A program made the position numbers and the translations under genes. This document shows positions 1 through 6,935 of a stretch of 38,496 nucleotides of DNA, piece after piece (the first letter of the stretch is position 1; the number at the start of each line of letters is the position of its first letter). This stretch comes from a virus: IMG/VR virus record IMGVR_UViG_3300045988_142547; one strand, 5' to 3'. Below the pieces are notes generated by a model. That model ran no database searches and had not been told where the DNA came from. It worked only from the letters and a program-made list of their open reading frames with translations.

Positions 1-55
1 GGTCCAGGCGCTGCTGCCCGGTCAGACCGAATTTACTCCCTATGTGGAATACATT
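1..55. repeat. Terminal direct repeat, copy 1 (identical to 38442..38496); most likely the assembly overlap of a circular or circularly permuted genome
   Basis: The 55-nt string ggtccaggcgctgctgcccggtcagaccgaatttactccctatgtggaatacatt occurs at both contig ends. An ORF continues in frame across the junction. Confidence 0.9.
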
Positions 56-214
56 GACAACTACATCGGCGGTGACCCGCTGCGCTTTGCTCACGCGGTC
101 GACCGATTACGCACGACCGGTCCAGAGCTCGTTAAGTTCCTGCGCTCTCCCGAATCCGTGCATCCTGCGACACGTGAAAATATTATCGACAATATACAAA
201 ATTTAAATGAATGA
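2..214 (+). CDS. Hypothetical protein, C-terminal part of the gene that starts at 38203 and wraps the contig junction (about 150 aa in total)
   Basis: The frame that is open from ATG 38203 to the contig end continues from position 2 (codons gtc cag gcg ...) to TGA at 212..214. Residues 2..55 duplicate the end of the contig. Confidence 0.7.
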   Translation, partial: VQALLPGQTEFTPYVEYIDNYIGGDPLRFAHAVDRLRTTGPELVKFLRSPESVHPATRENIIDNIQNLNE

Positions 215-225
215 GGGGCGTTTTT

Positions 226-1104
226 ATGCGAATCAAAAATACTAAAAAAATAATGCAAATAATCGCAAAATTGGACGAATTTCTCGACCTGCTCGATGAG
301 CAAAAATTTATTGAGTTTTCTAAAAAATACGAAGCGTGGGACCATCACTTAGCTCTTTTATCATCTTGCTTCAGCGAAAAAGCCGACCCAGTTATCCCAG
401 GAGCTAAGAGCCTGGTAGAAAAAAGAACGCTGTTGAAAAATGTTGCGGTCCAGGAGGCGTATGTTCGTGGATTCGTGGCTGCGTTTCAGAACTTGGGTAT
501 CGCATTTAATTTCACGCCGTCCGGACTCGAAATCATGGCAAAACTAGGCAGCGACAAATCAACACTACCACAAGACGGTGAGTTCGGCGCTCAGGCGGTC
601 GACCTGCCTTATATCCCTAAAAACTTGGAGCATTGGCGCAAAGCTGCAGAAGCCGGCGAGACCGTTTCAGTGGTAACTGACGCGTATGGTCGTTCTTGTA
701 TACTCGATGAATCGAAATTAAAAAAAGGTAGTAAAAACCATACCATTGGACCGGATGATGCGTATCGTGCTCATATACTTGACGCAGTGTTATATCCGCA
801 GGAAGCTGCGCTTGATGAATCTGCAGTCGCTGATTCTATTCCTACCGATTCAGCGGTCCATTCTCCGGCGCATTACGTGGGCACACTCGGGCTTGAAGTG
901 TCACAGGTCCTGTTGGAGTTCGTGAAAAATAAAAGCGGCCTAGAAGCCCACCATTGGTGCTCAGCGGTCGAATACTTGCTGCGCTATGCTGAGAAAAATG
1001 GAGCCGAGGACCTAGAAAAAGCAAAAGTGAACCTTGAGTGGTTACTCGAGGACGTCTATGCTGCAGAAGCTACGGGAGGGGGCAATCACGCATGGAGGAG
1101 TTAA
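226..1104 (+). CDS. Hypothetical early protein with a C-terminal DUF3310-like domain
   Basis: ORF 211..1104. ATG 226 lies 7 nt after GAGGGG (214..219). The C-terminus (SPAHYVG...WCSAVEYLLRYAEKNGAEDLEKAKVNLEWLL) resembles the phage DUF3310 signature (HY...KYL.R...K...EDL.KA..YL..L). Confidence 0.6.
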   Translation: MRIKNTKKIMQIIAKLDEFLDLLDEQKFIEFSKKYEAWDHHLALLSSCFSEKADPVIPGAKSLVEKRTLLKNVAVQEAYVRGFVAAFQNLGIAFNFTPSGLEIMAKLGSDKSTLPQDGEFGAQAVDLPYIPKNLEHWRKAAEAGETVSVVTDAYGRSCILDESKLKKGSKNHTIGPDDAYRAHILDAVLYPQEAALDESAVADSIPTDSAVHSPAHYVGTLGLEVSQVLLEFVKNKSGLEAHHWCSAVEYLLRYAEKNGAEDLEKAKVNLEWLLEDVYAAEATGGGNHAWRS

Positions 1105-1334
1105 AAGTTAGCCCGTTTGAAACCTTCAATACTGATTTTGGCCTAGTGGCCGTTAATGTGAATCGGATTATCGCTGTGAAGCAACGAGCGAAAGGCACGG
1201 AGATATGTTTGGAAGGGTCCGCAGGTTATATAATTGTTGAGTATTCATTCGACAGCGTAATGCGTTGGATTGAGGAGCGGACTAGAAAATCCGTAAAAAG
1301 TCAAAGTGAAATCTTTTTTAATAAAAACGAATAG
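1092..1334 (+). CDS. Hypothetical protein (80 aa)
   Basis: ORF 1038..1334. The internal ATG 1092 is preceded by GGGAGGGGG and overlaps the upstream stop, as expected for a translationally coupled phage gene. Confidence 0.55.
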   Translation: MEELKVSPFETFNTDFGLVAVNVNRIIAVKQRAKGTEICLEGSAGYIIVEYSFDSVMRWIEERTRKSVKSQSEIFFNKNE

Positions 1335-1346
1335 GAGCGTAAAAAA

Positions 1347-1544
1347 ATGAAAGTAAAAGTAAAAATAAAAATGCTATGGCTGCGCTTTTGGCTCGCACTT
1401 GCATTTGTCGTTATCGTGGCTAATGTGTTGGGATGGTCCACGGTCCATGTGGGCTGGTCTGTGCTGTTTCTGTTCCTGGCTGGGGTGGTCAGCTATATCT
1501 CTCCGGAGGACCTGGCCGCTCTCATGTTAGAAGGGAATGTGTAG
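1347..1544 (+). CDS. Small membrane protein (65 aa, two hydrophobic segments)
   Basis: AGGAG at 1333..1337 lies 9 nt upstream of the ATG. Hydrophobic stretches: LWLRFWLALAFVVIVANVLGW and VLFLFLAGVVSYI. Confidence 0.6.
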   Translation: MKVKVKIKMLWLRFWLALAFVVIVANVLGWSTVHVGWSVLFLFLAGVVSYISPEDLAALMLEGNV

Positions 1545-1547
1545 ACT

Positions 1548-1787
1548 ATGGCTTACACTGTCAGATTATATAAAAATAATGGAAACCTGGCCCGGATTTA
1601 TACCAATGTTCACACGGTCCATTTTACCAGGAATGAATCGCTCGTTTTAACCGGGCGGTTCGGCCCTAAGTATAACCAGGCGGAGATATGGTGGCGCAAG
1701 TTGGGCTTTCATCATGTCACTATTACTGAGGAGGAATCTTCTATCGATGACGATTCGCCTTACGTCGTAAAAACTGAACTCATATAG
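1548..1787 (+). CDS. Hypothetical protein (79 aa)
   Basis: Tightly packed + strand ORF starting 4 nt after the previous stop. No recognisable motif. Confidence 0.5.
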   Translation: MAYTVRLYKNNGNLARIYTNVHTVHFTRNESLVLTGRFGPKYNQAEIWWRKLGFHHVTITEEESSIDDDSPYVVKTELI

Positions 1788-1800
1788 GAGGAGTGTATCT

Positions 1801-2244
1801 ATGAAAAAAATAGTTATTGAATTAAGAGAAAATGGCGGTTATGAAATAAAAGGCATGGGTGATATCCGTGAGCATGCTGATTGCGTGTGGGCCATTTTAG
1901 CTGCTAGGCGTTTAGAAGATGCAATGATTGAGCAAGGCTATCTGCGTGAAATAAGCAATGGCATTGAGAATCGACTTGATACGAGTAAAATCCAGTTGTT
2001 AGCTAAAGGAGCCGAAGTGGGCGACCCGGTTCCTCCGACCTATATTCAAATTGAGCTGCCTAGTAATGTGCCATCTAAAATTAAACCAGTTGTAATTCTG
2101 CCCGATGTGGAGTGTGAAAGTGTCAATGTGAAAGTGAAGCAGTATGGTAAAAATCATGCATCGTTTTATTCATCGTTTGAATTTTTCGCTAACCTTAATG
2201 AATCGAAAATTATTAACTTAAATACGGGGAGTGTGAATCGATGA
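1801..2244 (+). CDS. Hypothetical protein (147 aa)
   Basis: Strong RBS TAGGAGGAG upstream of the ATG. Followed by a terminator-like hairpin. Confidence 0.6.
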   Translation: MKKIVIELRENGGYEIKGMGDIREHADCVWAILAARRLEDAMIEQGYLREISNGIENRLDTSKIQLLAKGAEVGDPVPPTYIQIELPSNVPSKIKPVVILPDVECESVNVKVKQYGKNHASFYSSFEFFANLNESKIINLNTGSVNR

Positions 2245-2268
2245 ATATTTTTTTCGTCACGATCAATA

Positions 2269-2295
2269 GCGCCCTTTTTCCAGGGCGTACTTTTT
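2269..2295 (+). terminator. Putative intrinsic terminator
   Basis: Stem gcgccc / gggcgt (one G-U pair) with an 8-nt loop, followed by acTTTTT. Located in the 64-nt gap after ORF 1801..2244. Confidence 0.45.
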
Positions 2296-2308
2296 AGGAG
2301 GTAAAATT

Positions 2309-2665
2309 ATGAATAGCGATGTTATTCAAAAAATCGCGGATATGTTCCAGGTCAGCTTTGAAAAAGCGACCGAGCTCTATCCGCTTATCAGAACCCAGTA
2401 TACTATCTATACGATTTTTGATTTTATTGGTACTGTATTAATCGCTTTGTTGTTTGCTGCGTTAATCTTTGGTGGGATGTATTTCTTCATGAAGTCGCAG
2501 GATTATGAGCTTAGCGATACGGATGAAGAAACTCTCGCGTTTAAATCGATGTTGAAGTTGTTTATTAAAGCCGTGCTCGCTTTGGTCCTTTTAATTGTCA
2601 CTGTGTTTGTGCTGCGCACGGTCCTAGCTCCGGATATTTCGTTTATCCGTGATATTTTAAAATAA
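2309..2665 (+). CDS. Membrane protein (118 aa, two transmembrane segments)
   Basis: RBS TTAGGAGG. Hydrophobic segments: IFDFIGTVLIALLFAALIFGGMYFF and LFIKAVLALVLLIVTVFVL. Confidence 0.6.
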   Translation: MNSDVIQKIADMFQVSFEKATELYPLIRTQYTIYTIFDFIGTVLIALLFAALIFGGMYFFMKSQDYELSDTDEETLAFKSMLKLFIKAVLALVLLIVTVFVLRTVLAPDISFIRDILK

Positions 2666-2677
2666 GGGGTGTATACT

Positions 2678-3169
2678 ATGAATGACGATAATACGGTTCA
2701 GCTTGAAGCTGCTGTGTTGAGTTTTAAAAAAATGCGGCTCGGAACGTTTGAAATGGATTATCAGTTTACTGACGGCCAGGATGTGTTTATCCTAGAAAGT
2801 GACGGCATGATTGTACCGATGAAATGGAGAGCTACTCCTTATCAATGCATGATGCATCATCATGGTGTGGTCTTTCTCGATGTAGAAGCTGCACTCGCTG
2901 CTAGGGATAAGCGCCTGTTATTGGTATCAATCAATGAGTTCAGAAAGCTGCGCAATGATGGCTGGGAGCCGTCCTTTGGTGGGTCTAGTTTAAAAGATGC
3001 AGAACCTAAGTGGTGCATCGGGTTCCTAGATGGTGACCTGTTCACCCGGATGGATGTCACAAATTGCTCTTTCCCTATGTTTGGCTATTTTAAAAATAGG
3101 GATGATGTAAGGATGGCCATCATGTTATTTGGTAAAGAAATTAAGCGCCTATTCTGCGGCGAGTTCTAA
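2678..3169 (+). CDS. Hypothetical protein (163 aa)
   Basis: ORF 2669..3169. ATG 2678 lies 8 nt after AAGGGG (2664..2669). Confidence 0.55.
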   Translation: MNDDNTVQLEAAVLSFKKMRLGTFEMDYQFTDGQDVFILESDGMIVPMKWRATPYQCMMHHHGVVFLDVEAALAARDKRLLLVSINEFRKLRNDGWEPSFGGSSLKDAEPKWCIGFLDGDLFTRMDVTNCSFPMFGYFKNRDDVRMAIMLFGKEIKRLFCGEF

Positions 3170-3179
3170 GGAGTGTACT

Positions 3180-3320
3180 ATGATTACAATGTTAAAACGG
3201 TTTTTATGCATCTTTTGGTACGGGAACCATCAAGCAAAGTTGGAGTTTGGTCTGAATAATGAGGGTCAGATTCGTTTGGTTTTTCGCTGCGCTAGGTGCG
3301 GTAAAATAATAATCAAGTAA
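3180..3320 (+). CDS. Small hypothetical protein (46 aa) with a C-terminal CxxC
   Basis: ORF 3129..3320. ATG 3180 is preceded by AAGGAG. Sequence ends ...RCARCGKIIIK. Confidence 0.4.
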   Translation: MITMLKRFLCIFWYGNHQAKLEFGLNNEGQIRLVFRCARCGKIIIK

Positions 3321-3332
3321 GGAGGAGGGCTC

Positions 3333-3572
3333 ATGGCGCTTGTTGTTTACTCACGGGATAATTGCCCACAGTGTAATTTCACTAAGGAATTTTTAAAAAA
3401 TCATAATATCCCGTTTGAAACGGTCAATGTGGAAGTTCAGGACGGCGCATTGGAAATCTTACGGCATTACGGCTTCCAGTCGCTGCCGGTCGTATCGATT
3501 GACGATGAACTGTCCGACCAAACGAAGACCTGGTTCGGGTTCAGACCGGACCGCTTAGAATCTTTATTGTAG
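3333..3572 (+). CDS. nrdH: NrdH-type glutaredoxin-like redoxin
   Basis: 79 aa. Has the CPQC active site near the N-terminus and WFGFRPDRL, which matches the NrdH WSGFRP(D/E) signature. RBS AAGGAGGAGG. Confidence 0.85.
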   Translation: MALVVYSRDNCPQCNFTKEFLKNHNIPFETVNVEVQDGALEILRHYGFQSLPVVSIDDELSDQTKTWFGFRPDRLESLL

Positions 3573-3584
3573 GAGGTTAGGTTT

Positions 3585-3983
3585 TTGCGTTATAAAAAAA
3601 TAGCCGAGCAGCGGCTGCGTGATTATCCAAATTATGACAGGGAGATTGCTGCTCATCGCATGAGCTGGTTATGGCATGACCCGGATTGTAATGCTTGGAT
3701 TAAGGGGAAGGGCTCGAACTCGAAAGCAATCGAAAATGAAATGCTAAAAGTCGAATCATCGCGCTATATCCAAAATCGACTATTTTGGCAGCAATGCGTG
3801 AATGAAGTATTGGATGAACTCGACCCGAATCAGCGCATGTACGTATCGGAGTATTATTTCGAAAATGTCTACGATTACCGCTCTTTGGCTAAAAAGCACT
3901 TTACGAATAAAAATGTCATCATGAGGGCGTGTGACCGAGCGTGCATGCTGCTGCTTGAAAAATTAGGCGAAAATGTGGACTAA
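3585..3983 (+). CDS. rinA: RinA-family late-gene transcriptional activator
   Basis: 132 aa, TTG start 7 nt after AGGAGG. LRDYPNYDREI matches staphylococcal RinA LCDYPNYHKQL. The SEYYFEN block matches RinA QEYYFNK. The C-terminus looks like a sigma-70 region-4 HTH. Confidence 0.75.
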   Translation: MRYKKIAEQRLRDYPNYDREIAAHRMSWLWHDPDCNAWIKGKGSNSKAIENEMLKVESSRYIQNRLFWQQCVNEVLDELDPNQRMYVSEYYFENVYDYRSLAKKHFTNKNVIMRACDRACMLLLEKLGENVD

Positions 3984-4006
3984 TTTCACGAAGGGACAAA
4001 AATCGC

Positions 4007-4035
4007 TTGTTGTCCCAGCTTTTATGTGATATATT
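4007..4035 (+). promoter_or_regulatory. Sigma-A-type promoter with extended -10 (P4)
   Basis: -35 TTGTTG (4007..4012), 17-nt spacer, TGa + TATATT (4027..4035). The downstream sequence gctagtgtggaaag resembles the initial transcribed region of P1/P2 (agacagtgaagg). Confidence 0.6.
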
Positions 4036-4041
4036 GCTAGT

Positions 4042-4320
4042 GTGGAAAGTTGCGAGAGCGTACTTCCTGCACAGATGTCATAGGTTTGACACTCCTACAG
4101 TTTCGGGGGCTTTGGTGCAGCTCCCGTTTATGCCCTTTACTGGTACAACGTGGATTTTCTTTTTTTCCTTTGTAAAATCCTTTGCCCAGGTTTATTTTTT
4201 GCCACGTTGAGCCGTTCGATTCGGCTGTGGGGCTTTCAAGGCATCCATCCTTGGTGCAATATCATTTTAACAAAACTAAAAAAGAAAGGAGCCCGGAGCG
4301 ATTTTATATCGCTCTTTTTT
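4042..4320 (+). ncRNA. Candidate ~280-nt structured non-coding transcript, or cis-acting leader of the methyltransferase gene
   Basis: Bounded by promoter P4 and an intrinsic terminator, with no RBS-preceded ORF. Hairpins: 4152..4158/4174..4180 (ggatttt/aaaatcc) and 4210..4226 (agccg-TTCGATT-cggct, like a tRNA T-arm). There is also caagg/ccttg. A possible pseudoknot is ctgcac 4067 / gtgcag 4115 interleaved with cggggg 4104 / ctcccg 4121. Confidence 0.4.
4296..4320 (+). terminator. Intrinsic terminator
   Basis: Perfect 7-bp stem gagcgat / atcgctc with loop tttat, followed by TTTTTT (4315..4320). It ends 24 nt before the methyltransferase ATG. Confidence 0.6.
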
Positions 4321-4343
4321 ATTGGCTCGGATAGGTAAAAACA

Positions 4344-5615
4344 ATGCAGATAGAAAAAGTGAAAATTTCGGATTTATTGGAATATAAAAACAATGCAAAA
4401 GAGCACCCTCAGTGGCAAATCGAGCAAATCGTTGAATCTATCGAAAAATTCGGATTTAATGACCCGATTGCGATAGACGAAAATAATACGATAATCGAAG
4501 GGCACGGTCGTCTTTACGCGCTGCAAGAAATGGGTGCGGAAGAGGTGGAATGCATCCGCCTGTCGCACTTGGGCGAAAATGAAAAAAAAGCATACATACT
4601 CGCTCATAATAAGTTGACTATGAATACCGAGTTCGATGCGGACCTGCTCGCTCAGGAGCTGGGCGAAATCGAAGGAATCGACATGAGCTCATTCGGTTTC
4701 CTTATGGACCCGCTCATCGAAGTAGTCGAGGATGACTTTGACGATGAAGCAGCTATCGAGCAGCCGGAGCCGATTGCAAAGCTCGGGGATGTGTATCAGC
4801 TCGGGGAGCACTTCCTTATGTGTGGGGACAGCACTGATTTCATCGCTGTGAAAAAATTATGCGGTGAGGCTCTTATGGACTTACTTGTTACGGACCCACC
4901 TTATAATGTGGCCTATGAGGGCAAAACCGAGGACGCGCTTACGATTGAGAATGATAATATGGACGATGCTAAATTCCGCGAATTCTTAAAAGCTGCATTT
5001 GCGTGTGCCGATGGCGTTATGCGCCCAGGCGCTGCGTTCTATATTTGGCATGCGGATTCGGAAGGATTCAACTTCCGCGGTGCCTGCCGTGATATTGGTT
5101 GGACTGTTCGACAATGTCTGATATGGAATAAGAACCAAATGGTCCTAGGCCGCCAGGATTATCAATGGAAGCATGAGCCCTGCCTTTACGGTTGGAAGGA
5201 TGGAGCTGCTCATTATTTCGTTGATGACCGGAACCTGCTCACGGTACTAGAAGAAGAATCGGAATTAAAGAAAATGTCAAAAGCGGAACTCATTAATTAT
5301 ATCCTGGAAATCCAGGAGCAAACCGCGACCACTGTGATTAACGAAGTGAAGCCTAGTCGTAATGGTCTACACCCTACGATGAAGCCGCTGCGCCTAATCG
5401 AGCGCCTGGTTCGTAACTCTAGTAAAAAAGGCGAGAATGTACTGGACTTGTTTAATGGCAGTGGGTCCACTCTTATGGTCTGCGAGCAGTTGGGCCGCCG
5501 TTATTATGGCATGGAGCTTGACCCTCGTTATGTGGATGCTACCATCGAGCGCTGGGAAGAATTCACGGGTAAAAAAGCAGTGAAGATATTTTCAAACAAT
5601 CAAGACAGCGAATAG
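4344..5615 (+). CDS. ParB-like nuclease domain fused to a beta-class N6-adenine/N4-cytosine DNA methyltransferase (orphan, no cognate endonuclease)
   Basis: The N-terminus (NDPIAIDENNTIIEGHGRLYAL) looks like a ParB/Sulfiredoxin-type domain. Motif IV is TDPPYNV. The SAM-binding motif I, VLDLFNGSGST, lies near the C-terminus, giving the IV-then-I order typical of the N6_N4_Mtase family. Confidence 0.85.
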   Translation: MQIEKVKISDLLEYKNNAKEHPQWQIEQIVESIEKFGFNDPIAIDENNTIIEGHGRLYALQEMGAEEVECIRLSHLGENEKKAYILAHNKLTMNTEFDADLLAQELGEIEGIDMSSFGFLMDPLIEVVEDDFDDEAAIEQPEPIAKLGDVYQLGEHFLMCGDSTDFIAVKKLCGEALMDLLVTDPPYNVAYEGKTEDALTIENDNMDDAKFREFLKAAFACADGVMRPGAAFYIWHADSEGFNFRGACRDIGWTVRQCLIWNKNQMVLGRQDYQWKHEPCLYGWKDGAAHYFVDDRNLLTVLEEESELKKMSKAELINYILEIQEQTATTVINEVKPSRNGLHPTMKPLRLIERLVRNSSKKGENVLDLFNGSGSTLMVCEQLGRRYYGMELDPRYVDATIERWEEFTGKKAVKIFSNNQDSE

Positions 5616-6482
5616 GAGTTTTTTTTGTGAATGGTTATTTTATCAAGGTTTATTTAATGCAAAACATTTCTAAAAGAGAACGTTTAAAGCTTTGCAAACC
5701 TTGATTTTACGCCATTTGTAGGCGTTTATAAACGTGAGGAGAGTTAGTGCAGAGTGTGAAAAGAGTTTATATGAAGAATTGGCTTGTGAATAAATTTATC
5801 GTTTTTCGCAAAGGTCAAAAGTTTTGAAAAGGTCGAAAAATTTTTAAACACAAAACATTTCATTTTTTCACGGTTTTTCGAGATTTCTTTGTGAATCGTT
5901 ATGAACTTACTTTTTAAGGTTTCATAGAGACTTTTTTTACGAGATTTAAGGGTTTGAAAACCTTGATTTTATGCGGTTTTCAGGCTCTTGATAACGTTAA
6001 ACATTTCAACAACGTTTTTTGAACAGACGTTTTGTGTTTCCATTTGTGAAAAAATCGCATTTAAACGGGAAAAAGCTGCCAAGACTTTTTTTGACAACGT
6101 AACAGTTTTTTAAAACCTTGATTTGGCGCCATTTCTACGGGGTGCATTTTCGCAAGGTTTTACAAGAAACAGAGCAATAAAAGTTATAAATGTTATTTTT
6201 GTGCTTATTGTGAAAAATTCTCATGCGTTTGTGGTCTTTTGGCACAAAGAGAGATATTTTTTAACAATGAGTTTTTAGCCTTGTGCATTTTTCGTGTTAT
6301 CACGATCTAAAATCGCAAAGGTTTTTTATAAGATTTCAGAACCCTATAACGGCGCCTTTTCTCGGGTGTCGTTTTTCTGTTTTTACCGCGCAAGAGTTTC
6401 CAAGAGGTTGGGCGTCCTTTTCGCTTGTGAACCGTTTGCGCGTAAAACAACCACAGATACAAAAGACTAGCAAAAAAAGGAA
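5616..6482 (+). repeat. 867-bp ORF-free, T/A-tract-rich region with reiterated motifs; candidate packaging-recognition or late-promoter region, or a large non-coding RNA
   Basis: TGTGAA occurs 7 times, all on the + strand (5626, 5755, 5785, 5890, 6045, 6209, 6426). AAACCTTGATTT occurs 3 times (5696, 5957, 6112), with inverted partners ATCAAGGTTT (5642) and CAAGGTTTT (6153). AAACATTTC occurs 3 times (5662, 5853, 5999). The only ORF here (6283..6486) has no RBS. Confidence 0.7.
6349..6384 (+). terminator. Terminator-like hairpin about 100 nt upstream of terS
   Basis: 8-bp stem acggcgcc / ggtgtcgt (two G-U pairs) with an 8-nt loop, followed by TTTTcTgTTTTT. Confidence 0.4.
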
Positions 6483-6935
6483 GTGAGGCGGTTGGCTAGT
6501 GGAAATGAAAAAAATTTAATACCTAACTCCCAGCGAACTCCCGAGGAATTGCGAGAAATGACTCGCAAAGGTGGCATTGCTAGTGGTAAGGCAAGGCGTC
6601 AAAAAGCGAACCTTAAAAAAGCCATGGTGACCTTGCTGTCGATGAATGTACAAAGTGATAAATCGCGCGCGTTGCTGGAGTCTATGGGTCTAGAGCCCAC
6701 GAATGAGATGCTGCTCGCTGTGACTACGTTTCAGCAAGCGGTCAAGGGTAACCAGCGCGCCATGGAGAATGTCATGAAGCTGTCTACTACTGAGAAGGAT
6801 AGACTGGATGAGTCTGAGCAACGGGAACGAATCAAGGCTGCTAAAATGAAAAACCAGCAGCTGGCTGAGAATGGTGGCCGTGAGGCTGTAATAGAGACGG
6901 TGGTGTTTATGAATGAAGCGAACATACCAGATTGA
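6483..6935 (+). CDS. terS: Putative terminase small subunit
   Basis: 150 aa, overlapping the terL start by 23 nt. Basic N-terminal segment: RTPEELREMTRKGGIASGKARRQK. Called from position and size. The start is uncertain (GTG 6483 or TTG 6492). Confidence 0.55.
   Translation: MRRLASGNEKNLIPNSQRTPEELREMTRKGGIASGKARRQKANLKKAMVTLLSMNVQSDKSRALLESMGLEPTNEMLLAVTTFQQAVKGNQRAMENVMKLSTTEKDRLDESEQRERIKAAKMKNQQLAENGGREAVIETVVFMNEANIPD

Noticed and set aside
1-55. The 55-bp terminal repeat as genuine direct terminal repeats or cos ends
   Set aside because: The repeat lies inside an ORF that reads through the junction, and its length is typical of an assembler k-mer overlap. Real termini more likely lie near 5616..6482.
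4210-4226. tRNA-like T-arm (agccg-TTCGATT-cggct) suggesting a tRNA gene
   Set aside because: I could not build an acceptor stem, a D-arm or an anticodon arm from the flanking sequence. It is treated only as a T-loop-like hairpin within the candidate ncRNA.
4267-4290. ttaacaaaactaaaaaagaaagg resembles the A-rich tail of preQ1-I riboswitches
   Set aside because: The tail is separated by about 13 nt from the nearest hairpin, whose loop lacks the conserved preQ1 features. There are no queuosine or 7-deazaguanine genes in the genome. Probably a chance resemblance.
4007-4338. ORFs 4007..4210 and 4150..4338 upstream of the methyltransferase
   Set aside because: No Shine-Dalgarno sequence. One would start inside the promoter -35. 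The peptides are Phe/Leu/Cys-rich, as expected from translating T-rich structured RNA.
5785-5793. TGTGAATAA resembles a DnaA box (TGTGGATAA, 8 of 9)
   Set aside because: Only this one copy is close to consensus; the other TGTGAA copies match at about 6 of 9 or fewer. A much better origin candidate, the iterons next to the primase-helicase, exists at 36586..36886.
5616-6482. Possibility that the reiterated motifs form a CRISPR array or tandem satellite
   Set aside because: The repeats are short (6-13 nt), irregularly spaced and interleaved as three different motifs. There are no 25-40-nt direct repeats with uniform spacers and no cas genes.
6283-6486. 67-aa ORF at the end of the repeat-rich region
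   Set aside because: No RBS. It spans the terminator-like hairpin and repeat motifs, and its peptide is of low complexity.
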